Source: Eledone cirrhosa
Lineage: Eukaryota
DNA length: 64,000 bases
Assembly: GCA_964016885.1 (NCBI GenBank)
Contig: OZ024762.1
Location: 25,234,001 to 25,298,000, forward strand
Direction: 5' to 3'
Below the pieces are notes generated by a model. The model ran no database searches. It worked only from the letters and a program-made list of their open reading frames with translations, and was not told where the DNA came from. The position numbers and the translations under genes were made by a program. Below are positions 58,798 through 64,000 of the stretch, one piece after another. Within the stretch, counting starts at the first letter, position 1. Each line of letters opens with the position of its first letter.

Positions 58798-58820
58798 ATA
58801 GATATATATATATATATATA

Positions 58821-59187
58821 TTAGAAAGTGAGGTTTTTTTTACAAAATGAAAAATAACCGAGGTGTCCTACACGAGTGGAAGTATAAAGAAAAAGGGATG
58901 AAATCGAAAATGCAACTGAAGTCTTATTTTTTTTAAAAATATATATATTTATTTGGTTCCTTTACCGGTTTCGCAGTTCTTCTGCTTTTCAAAAGGTGAG
59001 TTGAGATGGAGGGTCTGTGGTTTTTCTCACATCTCTGATGTGAGAAAAACCACAGACCCTCCATCTCAACTCACCTTTTGAAAAGCAGAAGAACTGCGAA
59101 ACCGGTAAAGGAACCAAATAAATATATATATTTTTTAAAAAAATAAGACTTCAGTTGCATTTTCGATTTCATCCCTTTTTCTTTATA
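58821..59187. mobile_element. Palindromic insertion (family H) with two facing U3-A8 hammerheads
   Basis: 151-bp arms 58883-59033 and 59037-59187 with about one mismatch and a 3-nt loop; roughly 62-nt tail on the left. Hammerheads at 58959-58996 (-) and 59074-59111 (+). Confidence 0.9.
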
Positions 59188-59685
59188 TATATATATATAG
59201 AGAGAGAAATGATAATAAGGACGATTGATTATTCCTTAATTGCATTTATTGATAGGTGACGCGCGTTTCGCCACTGATCAGCTCAAGGTTCGATCTATAT
59301 CGATCCTACCCGACTCAATAATCGCCAGCTCGACGGACCCTCTTAAAATGCTATAAGAAAATGAAATACATGCTATGTGGTAAAGTCAGAGTTTCAAGAG
59401 TTTGACAAAATGAGATGTTTTGATTGGTGAGAAGGATCAAGGCGATGTACTGGCCTGTAGTGTATATGGGGGTGGGTGTGATGGTGAGATGTTGGTGACG
59501 GTCTGTGGATGAGGTGGGCTGTGGTGTGGTGGTGGTGGGTTGGCCTTGGCGTGTAGAGTATGTGGGGGTGGATGTGAAGATATGGTGGTGGTTATATATA
59601 TATATATATATGGATATATGTATATGTAAATGGAGGACAGTGAATCCATACAGGAGTTATCTTCACTCTCTCTTTCTTGATTGCT

Positions 59686-59873
59686 GTGGATTGGCAGTAT
59701 CGGTAGAGGGCCAAACACCTTGCTTTACAGCATAGAATTATGGCCCTTTACGTTCTGATTTCAAATCGCGACGAGGTTAGCTTTGCCTTTCATCCTTACG
59801 GGGTCGATAAAATAAAGTACCAGTAATACACTGGAGTAATTGCTGGCCTAGGCCAAAAGTAGAAACAGTTATT
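59686..59873 (+). mobile_element. tRNA-derived SINE copy (older, diverged)
   Basis: GTGGATTGGCAGTATCGGTAGAGG...CTTTGCCTTTCATCCTTACGGGGTCGATAAAATAAAGTACC...GTAGAAACAGTTATT. Confidence 0.88.
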
Positions 59874-59959
59874 CTTAAGTATAGGTTACTACCTCTAATA
59901 ATGGTCGTTACGATCTGGACTAGAAACATCTATATCTTTCTAACTATCCAACTATCTAT

Positions 59960-60482
59960 TCGCGGGTGGGACCAATCCAGTTGACCACCGAGTCCATTGT
60001 CATGATCAAACCGCCACCTTCCTTCTAAAACGAAGGAGAGGCGGTTTTGCTATGTGTTATGGCTATGGTGAAAGAGGTTATATGGTGGACGAGGTTGAAA
60101 GGGCTGAGGTCAGACACCTTTCTCTCCGGCGAACAACTGCTTCGTTTTTTCAAATATCATTTTGGAAGAAGAATCAGGATGGAGAGAGAGGTGCTGTACC
60201 CCAGCAAATTTTATAAAAGGTGGGTGAATGTGAGAAAGATGGCCCGAGTGGTTGGGCCTTCTCTCTATATAAGCCTGTAGGTTGACGAAAAAGATGAAGA
60301 GAGGAAGGGAGTACTCACTCTTGGTGCTCCTGGAGATGAGGGTTGTACATTTTTTCGGGGTGTGTACAACCCCTGTGTAACGCCTCCCCCTATTAATAGT
60401 TTTATTTTCATATACCTGTATGTAAACTCCCCATTTGTATTTGTCCCCTTCTTTTGTGCCCTTGTGGCTAATTAAGAAATTT
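59960..60482 (+). mobile_element. 3' fragment of an L1/Tx1-like LINE
   Basis: MVKEVIWWTRLK...FFKYHFGRRIRMERE...FYKRW resembles the L1/Tx1 ORF2 C-terminus (recalled pattern). UTR ends TGTCCCCTT...CCCTTGTGGCTAATTAAGAAAT. Confidence 0.6.
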
Positions 60483-60563
60483 ATCTATCTATTCATCCAA
60501 CCATCCCTTCATATCTCACTCTCCCCTCTCTGTCTGATTGTCTGTATGTCTGTCTCTCTCTCA

Positions 60564-60646
<83 letters not shown>

Positions 60647-60867
60647 TCGTTTCTGAATTTGTTTAGCAAGATTCTTTATCTGAAATCGTGTGTTGAAACC
60701 GATATTGTTATACTTTGGGAGGGTCATGTTGCCAATAAGAAACACACGCACCAGGTGCTTTCACTTCAATTTATTATATATTTATAAATTTATAAATTTA
60801 CAAATCTACAAACTTATAAATTTCTGGTTGGTTGGTTGGTTCCACAACCAGATAGTTGTTTGTATAT

Positions 60868-60912
60868 AGTCATAGTCCTTTCGTCACACACTCTGTGACC
60901 TCTTCAGTGACT
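60868..60912 (-). ncRNA. Type I hammerhead ribozyme (family L) in the PLE4 3' region
   Basis: Minus strand: AGTCA-CTGAAGA-G-GTCACA-gagtg-TGTGAC-GAAA-GGAC-TA-TGACT. Confidence 0.8.
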
Positions 60913-61231
60913 GGGGATTCCTTTCTTTGTTTCTGTGCCTTTCCTTTCTTCTATCGTACGCCATTTTGTTTCTGTGTGTGTGTTGTGTGCTCAGTTTGCG
61001 CATGCGCCACATCCGGGTGTCTGTGTGTGTTTGTGTTCATTTATCTATTTGTTCATTTATTTATTCATTTATTGTTGGTTGGTTGTTTGTTCTATGTGTG
61101 TGTGTGTTTTCATTTTGTCTTGTGTGTGTTTTCATTTTGTCCTTAATTGTAAGTTGTTTGTTCTATGTGTGTGTGTGTTTTCATTTTGTCCTTAATTGTA
61201 AGTTGTGATGTTGCTGTTCCACTCATATTTT

Positions 61232-62825
61232 CTATTTAATTTTGGTTGTAATTTTTTTTATGCTTACTGCCTCTGTAATTTGCCTAAACATTGCATCTTT
61301 TCTGTGTGTGGATTCTATTTTTATTTCTATGTTCTCTAATCTACCCCTGTGTTCTATCTTAGCATGTTGGTAGAGCACAGATGATTCTTTATTATCTTGA
61401 AGGTCTCGCCAGTGTTCATTTATTCGTTCCCCTATACTACGAACTGTCTCACCTATGTACACTATATTTTTGTTTCTACATTGTCCTTCAGTACATCTTA
61501 TGCTATACACTACATTTCTAGTTTTACAGTTAATATGGGGGCTTATTTTACAGGTTATACATTTCTTATCTATACATGAGCGTCTTTGGAATGGGTATGT
61601 CTTGTAAATAAGTGTTTTTACGGAGAAACCTGGTCTTTCTACTATCTTAATATTGAGTTTATGTTTATTTAGGGCCCTTCTAAATTTGTAGGCTAGTTCG
61701 CCTCTAGGGGTTGTATTGATGAACATTACACTCTGGTATTTATTGCTATCATACCATGAGTTTATTCTATTGGCCTTGTTCCTAGTTCTTTCTATTCTAT
61801 TCCAAAATTTGCTCCTATACAAGGGACAGGTCCCATTTATGTCATTATTTACCATTTTTTCCCATTTGGTTCTGGCTCCTCTATACACTCTGATTCTATC
61901 TCTCTGATTGTAGCCAGAGAACTGCATACGGTGGATGAAGTGTTGTATGTGTCTCTCTAGTTCTTCGGGGTTGCACATGCGGGACACATTTCTCATCACC
62001 CGTACCAAATCCGCAATCAGTATGTTGATTTTGGTATGGTCCGAAATGGCCGAGTTTCGGTGGATCAGATGTTTGGAAGTCATGGGTTTGGCATAATGGG
62101 AATGGAGGATTTGTTTTTGGTTGTTAATGGTATCTAACCAGAGCTCTGTGTCTAGTACAGGTAATCGATGGTTGGGGTGTCTACTTGGGTAGTCTATAGT
62201 AACTCTAATGCTCTGGTGGATGGAGTTTGCTATTTGCTGGATGCTTTCCATTGTTTTTCTCTAGTTCCTGACTGTTCTTTAGTGGGGGTGTCTTAACTAC
62301 GATGTTTATATCATCTACGTAGCGGGAGTACATTATCAGGGTTAAGCTGTCTTCTAATTGTTCTTTAAGTTTTTGTTTAAGTCTACTGTCCCACCATACC
62401 ATGAATAAGTTAGCTATGTCGCCTGCAATGCTAACACCAATGGCTGCTCCTTCCTCTTGGGCATATGTTTTACTATTAAATTTGAACATATGTTCCTTAA
62501 GGGTTAATTTTATGCTGGCCCCTACCGCATGTGCAATCATTTTCTTCAGTTCATCGTGGTTTTCGGGTGTCCGTATGGCTCTGGTCCACTCGTTCCATCT
62601 ATCTGTGTGGGTTTTCTTGGCCATTGAGGTAATGGTAGGTGGTCTGCCTCTTTCTGGTCTTGTAGGGCACAGGTTGCTAAGGTCATAAGTGTCTAGGTAA
62701 CTATTACTATGGGTAAGCTTAAGTAGAAGTCCCAGCTCACTGGTATCAATCCCACGGAACTCAACCTTGCTCTCGCTGATCATTTCTACGCATTTCTCCA
62801 CAGCAAAATCCACGTCAATAGATGG
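61232..62825 (-). pseudogene. PLE RT plus GIY-YIG, 5'-truncated, 2-bp frameshift near 62235
   Basis: PSIDVDF, GAAIGVSIAGDIANLFM, YSRYVDD, LPVLD, SGY, CKTRNVVYSIRC..YIGETVRSIGERINEH, RQITEAVSI. Confidence 0.9.
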
Positions 62826-62841
62826 ATTTAATGGTAAAACA

Positions 62842-64000
62842 TTTAATGGTAAAACATATGCCCAAGAGGAAGGAGCAGCCATTGGTGTTAGCATTGCAGG
62901 CGACATAGCTAACTTATTCATGGTATGGTGGGACAGTAGACTTAAACAAAAACTTAAAGAACAATTAGAAGACAGCTTAACCCTGATAATGTACTCCCGC
63001 TACGTAGATGATATAAACATCGTAGTTAAGACACCCCCACTAAAGAACAGTCAGGAACTAGAGAAAAACACAATGGAAAGCATCCAGCAAATAGCAAACT
63101 CCATCCACCAGAGCATTAGAGTTACTATAGACTACCCAAGTAGACACCCCAACCATCGATTACCTGTACTAGACACAGAGCTCTGGTTAGATACCATTAA
63201 CAACCAAAAACAAATCCTCCATTCCCATTATGCCAAACCCATGACTTCCAAACATCTGATCCACCGAAACTCGGCCATTTCGGACCATACCAAAATCAAC
63301 ATACTGATTGCGGATTTGGTACGGGTGATGAGAAATGTGTCCCGCATGTGCAACCCCGAAGAACTAGAGAGACACATACAACACTTCATCCACCGTATGC
63401 AGTTCTCTGGCTACAATCAGAGAGATAGAATCAGAGTGTATAGAGGAGCCAGAACCAAATGGGAAAAAATGGTAAATAATGACATAAATGGGACCTGTCC
63501 CTTGTATAGGAGCAAATTTTGGAATAGAATAGAAAGAACTAGGAACAAGGCCAATAGAATAAACTCATGGTATGATAGCAATAAATACCAGAGTGTAATG
63601 TTCATCAATACAACCCCTAGAGGCGAACTAGCCTACAAATTTAGAAGGGCCCTAAATAAACATAAACTCAATATTAAGATAGTAGAAAGACCAGGTACCT
63701 CCGTAAAAACACTTATTAGCAAGACATACCCGTTCCAAAGACCCTCATGTATAGATAAGAAATGTATAACCTGTAAAATAAGCCCCCATATTAACTGTAA
63801 AACTAGAAATGTAGTGTATAGCATAAGATGTACTGAAGGACAATGTAGAAACAAAAATATAGTGTACTTAGGTGAGACAGCTCGTAGTATAGGGGAACGA
63901 ATAAATGAACACTGGCAAGACCTTCAAGATAATAAAGAATCATCTGTGCTCTACCAACATGCTAAGATAGAACACAGGGGTAGATTAGAGAACAGAAATA
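62842..64000 (+). CDS. Inverted PLE RT / GIY-YIG segment, open frame to the window end
   Basis: Frame 1: FNGKTYAQEEGAAIG...YSRYVDD...EKNTMESIQQ...YLGETAR. It lacks the frameshift of the left arm and is absent from the ORF track because no stop is reached. Confidence 0.8.

Larger units (their letters stand above)
60643..64000 (-). mobile_element. Penelope-like retroelement 4 with a long fold-back of its own coding region, continuing beyond the window
   Basis: Minus-strand RT and GIY-YIG at 61232-62825; 3' UTR with a 62-bp tandem duplication and a hammerhead. 62842-64000 is an inverted copy of about 62480-61325. Confidence 0.93.

Noticed and set aside
59250-59295. Hammerhead on the minus strand (GGC-GAAAC-GCGC-GTC)
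   Set aside because: The 3' half looks right, but no CUGANGA core or stem I could be placed.

Overview
AT-rich eukaryotic (animal) DNA that is almost entirely repeats. The SINE families and (TA)n/(CA)n/(GA)n density point to an octopod cephalopod (inference). No host gene is clearly recognisable; there are only two weak minus-strand exon candidates. Nearly all listed ORFs are microsatellite or satellite artefacts. Real coding remnants are four Penelope-like elements (PLEs: two probable Naiad-type, one Neptune-type endonuclease fragment, one fold-back copy running off the window end), a decayed R4/Dong-type LINE, a young 5'-truncated RTE-type LINE with an uninterrupted ORF, and an L1/Tx1 3' fragment. 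Non-coding elements include tRNA-derived SINEs, a Helitron, a Tc1/mariner-type MITE with a 57-bp minisatellite, a 4.6-kb 14-bp satellite and a 1.27-kb (TAG)n tract. The strongest signal is a PLE ecosystem inside (TA)n tracts. It has about a dozen distinct type-I hammerhead ribozyme families (over 20 motif copies), several with recurring non-canonical cores. It also has a graded series of fold-back insertions from 64 bp to 3.8 kb, in which one arm stops at a family-specific fixed point and the other carries a family-specific tail. A tRNA-like head sits inside one such fold-back (possible PLE-mobilised SINE), and one PLE has UGA at a conserved Cys position. All structures were read by eye; coordinates may be off by a few bases.
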